A stretch of 64,000 nt of DNA from an uncultured Acholeplasmataceae bacterium (GTDB lineage: Bacteria; Bacillota_I; Bacilli_A; Acholeplasmatales; Acholeplasmataceae). The notes below the pieces were generated by a model. It saw only the letters and a program-made list of their open reading frames with translations. It ran no database searches and had not been told where the DNA came from. Below, one piece after another: positions 19,613-28,947 of the stretch (positions are counted from its first letter, which is position 1; every line of letters starts with the position of its first letter). The DNA is taken from the NCBI GenBank assembly GCA_963544825.1, contig CAUUGG010000001.1, forward strand, positions 80,890-144,889, in the 5' to 3' direction. The translations under genes were made by a program, and so were the position numbers.

Positions 19613-21857
19613 GAATTGTTCTCGCAATTACCTCAAGTTTTTGTTGGTCGGTTAATTTAGAAAAGTTTACAGCATACCCAGATACCCTGATAGTTAAATT
19701 TGGAAACTTCTCTGGGTTTTTATAGGCCTCTATTAGTTTTTCTCGGTTAAAGACGTTGATATTTAAATGATATCCTTTGTTTTGAAAGTAGCCGTCTAAA
19801 ATTGAAACTAAGTTAGTTTTTCTGACTTCTTCGTAGTCAGGTAAATTACTTGAACCCAAAGACTCCGGAAGCAATTGGAAAGTATTTGAAATTCCGTCTC
19901 TAGCAAACTCAAACGGAATTTTGGCAACGGAAAGCAGTGAGTTTAAAGCCCCAGTGTTATCACGACCATGCATAGGATTTGCGCCAGGTGCAAAAGGTTC
20001 GCCTTTTTTGCGGCCATCTGGAGTAGAACCAGTGTGCATACCATAGACTACATTTGAAGTAATTGTCAAAATAGACATCGTAGGTCTGGCGTTTAAGTAG
20101 GTAGGGTTAGCAGCGATTTCTTTCCAAAAATCTTTAACAACAGCAACTGCTAGTTCATCTGCTCTGTCGTCTGCATTCCCGTATCTTGGCCAGTCACCAG
20201 TGGTTTTAAAGTCTTTAATTAAATTAGTGCTTTCGTCGTATATTGGTTCAACCCTTCCATATTTAATTGCAGAAAGAGAGTCTGCAACCACTGAAAGTCC
20301 AGCAATTCCAGTTGCAAAATTACGAGTAATTTCGTCATCAAGTAGAGCCATTTGCATAGACTCATATGCATATTTATCGTGCATATAGTGAATGATGTTA
20401 AGAGCGTTAACATACAGTTTTGCAACTTCTTTCATTGCTGCTTTAAAGGCCTTGTAAACCGCTTTAAACTCAAATTTACCGCCTTTTAACAATTCAGTTT
20501 TAGGAAGAGTTATAACCTGTTGTCCAGTCATTTCATCTCTTCCTTGGTTGAGTGCATAAAGCAGAGTTTTGGCTAGGTTAGCACGAGCTCCAAAAAACTG
20601 CATTTCTTTGCCAACTGCCATTGGCGAAACGCAACATGCAATTGCGTAGTCAGAGCCATGACATTCAGATATAGAGTTGTCGTTTTCATACTGAATAGCC
20701 GAAGTTTCAATTGATACTTTTGCGCAATACTTCTTAAAGTCAAGAGGTAGTTTTTCAGACCAAAGCACAGTTAAATTAGGCTCAGGATAAACTCCTAAGT
20801 TATAAAGAGTATGTAGCATTCTAAAAGAAGTATTGGTTACAAAAGACTTAGTAGTTCCGTTCATGCCAGCGATAGATTCGGTTACCCAAACAGGATCTCC
20901 TGAAAACACAGAATTATACTCAGGAGTGCGCGCAAATCTAACCATTCTCAACTTCAATACAAAGTTGTCAATCAACTCTTGGGCTTCAGACTCAGTTAGC
21001 CTGCCTTCTTGTTTGTCTTTTTCAATGTAGATGTCAAAAAAAGTAGAAACCCTACCTAGTGACATCGCAGCGCCGTTTTGTTGTTTAATTGCCGCTAAAT
21101 ACGCAAAATAAGTCCATTGCACGGCTTCTTTTGCAGACTGAGCAGGTAGTGAAATGTCAAAACCGTATAATTTTGCCATTTGTTTTAAGTCAGCAAGTGC
21201 TTTGATTTGCATCTCTAGGTTTTCAATTTTTTGAATAATTTCAGGGGTATAGGGAAACTCAAAACCTGCTTTGCTTTTTTGTTTTTCTAAAATCAAGCGG
21301 TCAACTCCGTAAAGTGCGACACGGCGGTAGTCACCAATAATTCGGCCGCGTCCGTATCCATCTGGCAATCCAGTAATTACGTGGTTGTGTCTAGCGATTT
21401 TAATGTTTTCAGGATACACATCAAATACACCTTGATTGTGGGTTTTTCTGTATTTTGTAAAAATTTCTTCAGTGTCTTTGTCTAGTTCATATCCGTATGA
21501 AGACAAGGCTTTTTTGGCAATCTTAATTCCGCCTTCTGCAAACAAAGCACGTTTTAAAGGTTTGTCTGTCTGCAGACCAACAATGCATTCTGGTGTTGTT
21601 TTGCTGTCTCCAAGTAAGTATCCAGGACCATATGCCAAAATATTTGAAGAGGTTTTGCATTCTGCGTCTAGAATTCCTTTTTTGGTTTCTTCGACAAGAA
21701 GTTCGTTTAATTTTTCAACTTGTTTTAAGGTATTTTGAGTTGGACCAGCTAAAGTAAGTGTGAATTTTTTTGCTTCAGTGTAGTTAGCCTGAATAAAATC
21801 AGCAACATCAATTGTCTTTTTCCAACGGTTTCCTTTAAAATTTTCATAGTATCTCAT
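19599..21857 (-). CDS. pflB: Formate C-acetyltransferase (pyruvate formate-lyase)
   Basis: The 752-aa translation has the glycyl-radical motif RVSGYAVNF and the active-site IACCVSPM. Confidence 0.96.
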   Translation of the reverse strand: MRYYENFKGNRWKKTIDVADFIQANYTEAKKFTLTLAGPTQNTLKQVEKLNELLVEETKKGILDAECKTSSNILAYGPGYLLGDSKTTPECIVGLQTDKPLKRALFAEGGIKIAKKALSSYGYELDKDTEEIFTKYRKTHNQGVFDVYPENIKIARHNHVITGLPDGYGRGRIIGDYRRVALYGVDRLILEKQKSKAGFEFPYTPEIIQKIENLEMQIKALADLKQMAKLYGFDISLPAQSAKEAVQWTYFAYLAAIKQQNGAAMSLGRVSTFFDIYIEKDKQEGRLTESEAQELIDNFVLKLRMVRFARTPEYNSVFSGDPVWVTESIAGMNGTTKSFVTNTSFRMLHTLYNLGVYPEPNLTVLWSEKLPLDFKKYCAKVSIETSAIQYENDNSISECHGSDYAIACCVSPMAVGKEMQFFGARANLAKTLLYALNQGRDEMTGQQVITLPKTELLKGGKFEFKAVYKAFKAAMKEVAKLYVNALNIIHYMHDKYAYESMQMALLDDEITRNFATGIAGLSVVADSLSAIKYGRVEPIYDESTNLIKDFKTTGDWPRYGNADDRADELAVAVVKDFWKEIAANPTYLNARPTMSILTITSNVVYGMHTGSTPDGRKKGEPFAPGANPMHGRDNTGALNSLLSVAKIPFEFARDGISNTFQLLPESLGSSNLPDYEEVRKTNLVSILDGYFQNKGYHLNINVFNREKLIEAYKNPEKFPNLTIRVSGYAVNFSKLTDQQKLEVIARTIHATR

Positions 21858-22010
21858 AGCACAAATATTTTACCATTTAAAAATACAAAAAATTGTATAT
21901 TTGCTTAGAGTTTTTAGGGTATTAAAGCAAATATTTTGATTAAAACTGCTTGTTTTGTTGTTATAATGAATTTGTTAGTTATCTTTTTAAAGATGTCGCA
22001 AGGAGGCAAT

Positions 22011-22841
22011 ATGATAAATCCAAATTTAAAGAAAATTTCTAGAATTCAAACTCAAGAAGTGCAAGACTATTCGTTTGAAGAAAACGTTGTTCCGAAAACT
22101 ACTTTTAAATCTCTTTTACTAAAAAGTTTGTTTTTCGTTGGTCTGCTTTCTGCTTTTGCTTTAGTTGTATTTTTCTTAGGTTATTATTTTATTTTTAGCA
22201 ATACATCTGGTTTAACCGCGGATCAAAGAAAATCTAATTTACTTATCTTTTCAATTGTTTCGCTAAGTGCTTTTGGTTTGATGTTCTTGTTTTCGCTACT
22301 AGGTAACTTTGTGTCAATTGCTAGATTCTCAGTTTGGGTATACTCAATTTCATCAGGTGTGTTTATCGGCGCAATTACTTTAGTTTTTGAAATGATTTTA
22401 AGAGGCGTTGGTATAATTGCCCTTAGTGCAACTGCTTTTGTGTTTTTAACAGTGTTAGTTTTAAACTTAAGCAATTGGGTCAGAGGAACTCGTAAGCTTT
22501 TCAAAGTCATGATGTTTCTAGGACTAACCGTCCTTTTAATGTCTTTAGTTAACTTAGTACTTTGGTTAGTTTTTAGAAAAACTGACAATCAACTTTACAG
22601 CAATACAACTTACCTTTGGTTGCAAATCGCGCTAAGCACTGTCTACATCTTGTATTTAACAATTGTTTTGACCTTTAGCATTGAAGGGCTAAGAGAAGTT
22701 GCACAAAACGATGGTCTTGACAAAGGCTATTCTTATGTTGCGATTTTAGGATTGATTTCTACGCTTACTTGGATGTACATTGAGTTTTTAAGACTTGCTG
22801 TGATTGTTGCAATGATTTTTGCATCCAAAGCAACTGACTAA
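22011..22841 (+). CDS. Multi-pass membrane protein, possibly of the Bax-inhibitor-1/YccA family
   Basis: It has about 7 hydrophobic helices. A strong AAGGAGG RBS precedes the ATG at 22011, so the track's longer start at 21936 is unlikely. The family assignment is tentative. Confidence 0.55.
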   Translation: MINPNLKKISRIQTQEVQDYSFEENVVPKTTFKSLLLKSLFFVGLLSAFALVVFFLGYYFIFSNTSGLTADQRKSNLLIFSIVSLSAFGLMFLFSLLGNFVSIARFSVWVYSISSGVFIGAITLVFEMILRGVGIIALSATAFVFLTVLVLNLSNWVRGTRKLFKVMMFLGLTVLLMSLVNLVLWLVFRKTDNQLYSNTTYLWLQIALSTVYILYLTIVLTFSIEGLREVAQNDGLDKGYSYVAILGLISTLTWMYIEFLRLAVIVAMIFASKATD

Positions 22842-22874
22842 TTGTATTTTTAAAGCATTTTTAGAAAACTTCTA

Positions 22875-22915
22875 AGGAGATATTCCTTGGAGGTTTTTCA
22901 TTTTTAACACACTTT
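22875..22915 (+). terminator. Rho-independent terminator
   Basis: AAACTTCTAAGGA-gatat-TCCTTGGAGGTTT forms a hairpin with two G-U pairs and is followed by TTTTCATTTTT. Confidence 0.65.
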
Positions 22916-22951
22916 TAAGTATTTTAAGTCAGCACGATTAAATATATTAAG

Positions 22952-24148
22952 ATGAATAGGCAACAACAGAAAATCATTGAAAGCAAAGACCAACACATTT
23001 TAGTGTTAGCCGGTGCTGGCAGCGGAAAAACTTATACATTAATTCAAAAAATAAAGGCAATTAAGGAAAGTGAAAATAACGCAAAAATATTGTGTTTAAC
23101 ATTTTCAAATCTGGCAGCCAAGGAACTAAAGCACAGGTTAAACGAAGAAAGTGTCGGTGTATATACTTTTCACGGTTTTTGTTTTAATTTAATTAAACCG
23201 TATATTTCAGACAAACAAGTTTTGTTTGAAACTCCGCGTCTTTTTAGTAAAGGAGAAATTCTAGAAGTTTCTCTCTACAAGGCTAATCCTGACAAAAAAC
23301 CAAGTAAAACTTTAAAAAAATACAAAGAGTTTCTTGATAAAAATGCGTTAATTGATTTTGACGATATGCTTTTACTTTGTTTAGAAAAACTAAAAAATAA
23401 AGAAATTAGACAAACTTGCGACTATGTTCTAATTGACGAAGTTCAAGACACAAACCTAGTTCAGTTTCAGATTTTAAAACATTTAATTTCTCCTGACACC
23501 AAAACTATTTTAGTTGGAGACATAGACCAAGGTATTTATAAGTTCAGAGGTGCATCTTTTGATTTAATTGAAAAATACCAAGAAACCTACTTGCCTAAAG
23601 TTTATATGCTCACACAAAACTACCGCTCAGCGCCAGCAATTGTTGAATGCGCAAATAAGCTAATTGAAAAAAATAAAAAAAGGCCAGAAAAAGTACTTTT
23701 TTCAGACCTTAAAATTAAAGCAAGCATAAAAATTTATCTATACTCAAAAATCTCTGATTTTATTTTAGAACTAAAAAACTATTTAATTGCTCAAAGAAAT
23801 CAACAAGTAAAAATAAACGAAATTTGTCTATTGGTCAGAAGAAACCAAGAAAGAGTGTTAATTGAGCAAGAACTCAAGCGAGGCTTTAGGTTTTTTGAAT
23901 ATTTGCCGCAAATCTACACAGTACACGAATCAAAAGGACTTGAGTTTAAAACGGTTTTTATAGTAGGTCTTAACGAAGGGGTGTTTCCATATACTAAAAC
24001 AGGTGCATTGCTTGACATAGAAGAAGAAAGAAGGCTGATGTATGTTGCGATTACCAGAGCGAAGCAAAACCTTTTTTTAGTGAGTTTTGAGTTTAGCCAA
24101 AACGGCACAAAACTCAAACCTTCTAGATTTTTAAAAGAAATTTACTAA
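22952..24148 (+). CDS. Compact UvrD/PcrA-like SF1 helicase (398 aa)
   Basis: All SF1 motifs are present in order: AGAGSGKT, TFSNLAAKEL, DEVQDTN, VGDIDQGIYKFRGA, QNYRS, TVHESKGLEF and YVAITRAK. The length is about half that of PcrA. Confidence 0.8.
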   Translation: MNRQQQKIIESKDQHILVLAGAGSGKTYTLIQKIKAIKESENNAKILCLTFSNLAAKELKHRLNEESVGVYTFHGFCFNLIKPYISDKQVLFETPRLFSKGEILEVSLYKANPDKKPSKTLKKYKEFLDKNALIDFDDMLLLCLEKLKNKEIRQTCDYVLIDEVQDTNLVQFQILKHLISPDTKTILVGDIDQGIYKFRGASFDLIEKYQETYLPKVYMLTQNYRSAPAIVECANKLIEKNKKRPEKVLFSDLKIKASIKIYLYSKISDFILELKNYLIAQRNQQVKINEICLLVRRNQERVLIEQELKRGFRFFEYLPQIYTVHESKGLEFKTVFIVGLNEGVFPYTKTGALLDIEEERRLMYVAITRAKQNLFLVSFEFSQNGTKLKPSRFLKEIY

Positions 24149-24150
24149 GC

Positions 24151-27100
24151 CTATTTGTCTGGCAAATCATCAAGACAACTAAGGTCTAAGAATTTTTTAT
24201 AAACAGTTTTATTAACACCAGATCGTGCTTTAAAGTCTTCTTTAGAAGTGTAAAGCCCGCTCTTTCGTGCGTTTACGGAGTCAAACGCCGCTGTATCTCC
24301 AGTTCCGTCAATTGTGGCAAACGGCATTTGCAGAGTATTTCCTTTAATGTTGAAAGTTTTAGCACTAGACTCGTTAACCGCGAGTTTTGAAAAACTAAAG
24401 CCACGCGCGCAAAACTCATATGCTACTTTTAGTGTCACTAAAAGTTCTTGGTCTTTAGCCTTAATCTCATATCCCAATTGCTCAAGTTCACGGATTTTGT
24501 TGCCAATTGCTATTTTGCCGCTAGTCATCACAGTGTAGTCAAACTGAACTGCACGTTTTGAAAAAAAAGCAGAGTAGAAAAGCAAAGGTTTGTGTAGTTT
24601 AAACCAGGCAATTCTAATGGCCATAATAACGTAGGCAGTGGCGTGGGCTTTTGGAAACATATAGTTAATCAGTCCGCATGAGTAAATATACCACTCAGGC
24701 ACACCAAAGACTCTTAGTTGATTTGCGTACTCTGCCCATTTTTGTGGGTTTCTGCGGCAATTTCCTTTACGAATAAACTCCATAGCGTTAAACGCCAGAA
24801 GTGGTTCAACGTTGTATTTAGAGATCAGGGTTATCATGATGTCGTCGCGACAACCAATTAAGTTTTTAAAAGGAATTGAGCCAAACTCAGGGTGTCCATC
24901 TTTTAAGACTTTTCCGTTATTTAGCCACACGTTTTCGCCATGCGAAAGCCCAGAAATTTTAACCAGTTCCGCAAATGTTGTGGGTTTGGTTTCCGCTAAA
25001 ATTTGCGAAACAAAAGGTGTACCAAACTCAGGTAGGGCAGTAGAAGCGGTTGCCGGCATAAAAGGTGCGTTTGAGTAGTCTACGTTTAGAATTTCGTTAC
25101 CTGAAAACATTTTATAAACATCAACGTCGGCCATTGGAATGTCTCTGACTTCGCTAAAGGGAAACTCAGCAGGGTTGGCCTTGACGTAGTCAAATAAAAA
25201 CTTAATCATGGTCGGATCATCGTGTCCTAAAATATCTAGTTTTAGTAAGTTTTCTTCAAAAGAGTGGTAGTCAAAGTGAGTCGTGCGCCAACTTGCTGTG
25301 GTGTCGTCTGACGGAAATTGCACAGGTGTGACGTCAAAAATTGAGTAAGGCTTTGGCACCACAACAATACCACCTGGGTGTTGCCCTGTGGTTCGCTTAA
25401 CTCCAACAATTTTTTTAGCCAAGGCTGCAATTTTGGGTTTGCGGATTTTCATTTGCTTATCTTCAATGTAGCCCTTGACATAACCAAATGCGATTTTTTC
25501 GGCAACTCCCGATACAGTTCCTGCTCTAAAAGCGTGGTCCGCTCCAAGCAAGGTGCGAACGTATTCATGAGCTTGTGCTTGGTATTCACCTGAGAAGTTA
25601 AGGTCAATATCAGGGGTTTTGTCGCCTTGAAAACCAAGGAAGGTTTCAAACGGAATGTCGTGTCCATCTCGGTTTAGTTTAGAGCCACACACTGGACAGT
25701 CTCGTTCTTTTAAGTCGTATCCATCGTCTGCTTCGTTTAAGTCATCTTTAAACATTTCGTCAAACTGAGTAGAGGCGTAGTCTTTCTTTGAGTCTTCGTT
25801 GAACTTAAAGACCTGGAAACAACCTTTTGGACAAAAGTAATGCGGAGGTAAAGGATTGACTTCAGTTATACCTAAAATTGTTGCCACAAAAGAAGAGCCA
25901 ACAGAGCCACGGCTACCTACCACGTATCCGTCGTCGTTAGACTTTTTGACAAGTAAATAAGACATGTAGTAAATTGAGGCAAAGTTATTTTTGAGAATGG
26001 TAGTTTGCTCTCTTTTTACTCTGTCTAAAATAAAAGGGTGTGGGTTTTTGCCGTACTTTTGCTCAAGGTTTTTAGAAATTAAGCGCTTAAACTCACCTTC
26101 TATTGAAGGAATACCTTGGTCTTTAAAGTAGTCATCTGAAAACGAATACAGTCCTTCTGGAAAAGCCTTAATGTCTTGAATTAAATCAGCTATCTGATTT
26201 GAGTTTTCAACCACAATTTCTTTGATTAGTTTATCGTCATTTAAAAAAGTAAACTCAGCACTTAGTTCATCAGTTGTCTGAAAAAAGTAGTCAGGTGTGG
26301 CCTCGTATTGCGCAAGTTCATGGCGACCTCCGCCAACTAATGGAGTTCTGATAAAAAACTGATAGTAAATTTGGTCTTCTTTATTTAAGTAATGTGGATT
26401 ACTTGAGGCAACTATGGTTTTATTTAACTTTTTGGCGTGTAAAATTAGTCTAGAAATTGCGTTTTTAATTGCCTCTGTTCCACCGGCTATGTTGTCTTTA
26501 AGGTGTGAAAAACAACTTGGCGGATAAACTAAAACGTAGTCGTATTTTAAAATATGTGAGTCCAAAACATCGTCGGTTGAGTTTAGAGCATCAAACCACA
26601 GTTCACCTGCTCCGTTTGCACCAATTAACAAACCTTCTTTGTATTTTTCAAACTCAGAAGCAAGTACACGGGGTCTTTGGTGAAAGTACTCAGTTAAAGC
26701 AGAAGTTACTAACTTAAATAGATTTTTATAGCCGGTTTGGTTTTTAACCAAAAAATCCACAGCAAACGGCATTTGATGTAAGTAAGTTTTACTACGATCT
26801 ACCGTGGTTTCAAGTTCATTGAAGGTTTTGATGCCTTTTTGTGCAAGGTCTTCAAGCATTTTGATAAACATTTGACCGGTAGCATCGGCGTCATCTATCG
26901 CGCGGTGGTGGTTTTCTAAGTTGATTTTAAAGAAACGAGAAAGTGTGCCTAAGTTAAAACGCTTAAGTTTGTCTGAGTAGTGATATCTGGCTAAGTTAAG
27001 AGTATCAATGTACAGTACATTTTCGCCAAATGAATAGTTTAAGACTTTGGCTTTATGAAGCACATTTAAGCAGTCAAACGATGCGTTGTGAGCAACTAAC

Positions 27101-28599
27101 ACTGAGTCTTTTGCAAACTCTATAAAGTCTTTTAAGACAACTTCAATTTTGGGTTGTCCTTTTAGCATCTCGTCGGTAATGTTAGTTAAGTTTGAGACAA
27201 ACTCAATTAAATTTTCTTCAGGGTCACAAAACGCCTGAAATCTGTCAATGATTTGACCGTTTTTGACTTTAACTGCACCAATTTCAATAATTTTGTCGTT
27301 AACTATGGAAAGTCCGGTGGTCTCTAAGTCAAATACCACGTAAGTAAGGTCTTTAAGTAAGGTGTCTGAATCTCCCTTTTTAATGTAAAAAGAGTCGTCA
27401 ATGTAGGGCATTTGCACGCCGTAAATTGGTTTAATTTCGGCTTTTTTGCAGGCTTGCGCAAATTGTGGGTATGCATAAATTCCGCCAGAGTCAGTAACAG
27501 CGATGGCTTTGTGTCCAAAAGACTTAGCCAAGGCTACGTAGTCTTTAATCTCACCCACTCCGTCCATGTTAGAAAGTTTAGTTTGAACATGTAGTTCAAT
27601 TCTCTTGTCTTCTGCTTTGTCTTGGCGAGTAAATAATGTGTTTTCTTCGTTTTCATTTTCTTTGTTGACAATTTCAAAGTTTTTAAGCATCAAAACAACG
27701 TCGGCAGCATAGGTGTCGTATTGAACTTCTGCAATAATTTTTAAGTTAGTGCCGGGCTGAATTTTTTCAGCCTCTGCGATTTCTTGGTTGTATAGAAACT
27801 TCTTGGCCAAAATAGCATCTGTTTCATCTTCTAAAGTCATTTGAAGCAGCGTGTATTTGCCATCTTTGAGTTTTCTAATTTCTGCCTCTACTACGGTAAC
27901 GTGAAACTTATAAACTAGACTTTCGCCTTGATTTTGTTTTTTTGTAACTTCGTAGTTGTCATAAGGAATTTCTTTTAATTTCTTTAAAGAAAGGTCATCT
28001 CTAAAAGAGTAGCTACGGCGTCTTGAATAACCTTGGTTTGAACGCACAGTTTGGGTGTATGCTTGGTTTGAACCAGTTTGAATGTTTTCGGACTGAGTGT
28101 TTAATTCAAAAGTGGTTTCGCTAACCGGTCTTTTTTTGAAATTAAAGATAAAAGGTAAGCCAAAATAGTTAGAAAAAGCATTAAATAAAGTTTTGCTTAA
28201 GTTCTGTTTAATAGCCCAGTTAAGCGTATTTGCGTCAACTGTGATGTCAATAGTTTTGTTGGTTTCGTCAACTTTAAACTCAGATTTTAAAACAACTTCA
28301 AGAAAGCGTTTATTTATAGGATCGTTGGTATTGAAACTTTTAATTTGAACCTGAAAATAACTAATAAAGTGCACATCTAATTTGGAGTAGGTTTCATAGG
28401 TAAAAATTAGTTTTGTGTTTTTTGGTGCTCCGGCGTTTTGCAAAAATTTAAAAGTTTCTTGGTTAAGTGAAAAAAAATCAGAATACGAAATTACTTCTTT
28501 TAACCTAATAGTAACTTCTAGTTTTTCGTCAGTTTGCTTAAAATTAACAACGGTTGGCGAAAAGTCAAAATTTTTTTCAAAAAAATCTTTTATACTCAT
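24151..28599 (-). CDS. polC: DNA polymerase III alpha subunit, PolC type
   Basis: The 1482-aa translation has a PHP domain, an inserted DEDD exonuclease (VVFDLETTGL, HNASFD, HRAIDDA) and a pol III core. An AGGAG RBS lies upstream. Confidence 0.97.
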   Translation of the reverse strand: MSIKDFFEKNFDFSPTVVNFKQTDEKLEVTIRLKEVISYSDFFSLNQETFKFLQNAGAPKNTKLIFTYETYSKLDVHFISYFQVQIKSFNTNDPINKRFLEVVLKSEFKVDETNKTIDITVDANTLNWAIKQNLSKTLFNAFSNYFGLPFIFNFKKRPVSETTFELNTQSENIQTGSNQAYTQTVRSNQGYSRRRSYSFRDDLSLKKLKEIPYDNYEVTKKQNQGESLVYKFHVTVVEAEIRKLKDGKYTLLQMTLEDETDAILAKKFLYNQEIAEAEKIQPGTNLKIIAEVQYDTYAADVVLMLKNFEIVNKENENEENTLFTRQDKAEDKRIELHVQTKLSNMDGVGEIKDYVALAKSFGHKAIAVTDSGGIYAYPQFAQACKKAEIKPIYGVQMPYIDDSFYIKKGDSDTLLKDLTYVVFDLETTGLSIVNDKIIEIGAVKVKNGQIIDRFQAFCDPEENLIEFVSNLTNITDEMLKGQPKIEVVLKDFIEFAKDSVLVAHNASFDCLNVLHKAKVLNYSFGENVLYIDTLNLARYHYSDKLKRFNLGTLSRFFKINLENHHRAIDDADATGQMFIKMLEDLAQKGIKTFNELETTVDRSKTYLHQMPFAVDFLVKNQTGYKNLFKLVTSALTEYFHQRPRVLASEFEKYKEGLLIGANGAGELWFDALNSTDDVLDSHILKYDYVLVYPPSCFSHLKDNIAGGTEAIKNAISRLILHAKKLNKTIVASSNPHYLNKEDQIYYQFFIRTPLVGGGRHELAQYEATPDYFFQTTDELSAEFTFLNDDKLIKEIVVENSNQIADLIQDIKAFPEGLYSFSDDYFKDQGIPSIEGEFKRLISKNLEQKYGKNPHPFILDRVKREQTTILKNNFASIYYMSYLLVKKSNDDGYVVGSRGSVGSSFVATILGITEVNPLPPHYFCPKGCFQVFKFNEDSKKDYASTQFDEMFKDDLNEADDGYDLKERDCPVCGSKLNRDGHDIPFETFLGFQGDKTPDIDLNFSGEYQAQAHEYVRTLLGADHAFRAGTVSGVAEKIAFGYVKGYIEDKQMKIRKPKIAALAKKIVGVKRTTGQHPGGIVVVPKPYSIFDVTPVQFPSDDTTASWRTTHFDYHSFEENLLKLDILGHDDPTMIKFLFDYVKANPAEFPFSEVRDIPMADVDVYKMFSGNEILNVDYSNAPFMPATASTALPEFGTPFVSQILAETKPTTFAELVKISGLSHGENVWLNNGKVLKDGHPEFGSIPFKNLIGCRDDIMITLISKYNVEPLLAFNAMEFIRKGNCRRNPQKWAEYANQLRVFGVPEWYIYSCGLINYMFPKAHATAYVIMAIRIAWFKLHKPLLFYSAFFSKRAVQFDYTVMTSGKIAIGNKIRELEQLGYEIKAKDQELLVTLKVAYEFCARGFSFSKLAVNESSAKTFNIKGNTLQMPFATIDGTGDTAAFDSVNARKSGLYTSKEDFKARSGVNKTVYKKFLDLSCLDDLPDK

Positions 28600-28684
28600 T
28601 ATTTCCTACTCCTGAAAATCTTTAAATGACTTGGCAAGTCTATCAATATCATACTGCAATTTCGGCTTTTTTTCAATTTAAATT

Positions 28685-28728
28685 AAGATAAAAAAGCAAT
28701 TTTAAATCTGAATTAAAATTGCTTTTTT
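28685..28728 (-). terminator. Hairpin terminator upstream of the polC promoter region
   Basis: It has a perfect 15-bp stem AAAAAGCAATTTTAA / TTAAAATTGCTTTTT with a 7-nt loop. It lies just downstream of the stop at 28744 of the tail ORF. Confidence 0.6.
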
Positions 28729-28743
28729 AAAACTAAATTTAGA

Positions 28744-28947
28744 CTAAAAACGGTTTTTAAGTAAATCAATTATGGTGTTGTTTTTTAAATCATCTAAGTT
28801 AAAAAGTTCGTATAAAACTTCTGAAGTATCCTCTAGGTTATTCTTTGCTGACTTCCATCCTGCTCCATCTGTGAACCAAACAAAATTAAAGCCTTGAATC
28901 TCTTTAACAGAAGTTGCTAGGTTTTGTTTTATTGTCTTAAGTGTTTT
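28744..28947 (-). other. 67-codon open frame with no ATG, GTG or TTG, in the -1 frame relative to the 883-aa gene. It may be a frameshifted C-terminal extension.
   Basis: It translates as KTLKTIKQNLATSVKEIQGFNFVWFTDGAGWKSAKNNLEDTSEVLYELFNLDDLKNNTIIDLLKNRF*. It opens inside the A6 run (28944-28949) that lies 5 codons before the annotated stop. Confidence 0.4.
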
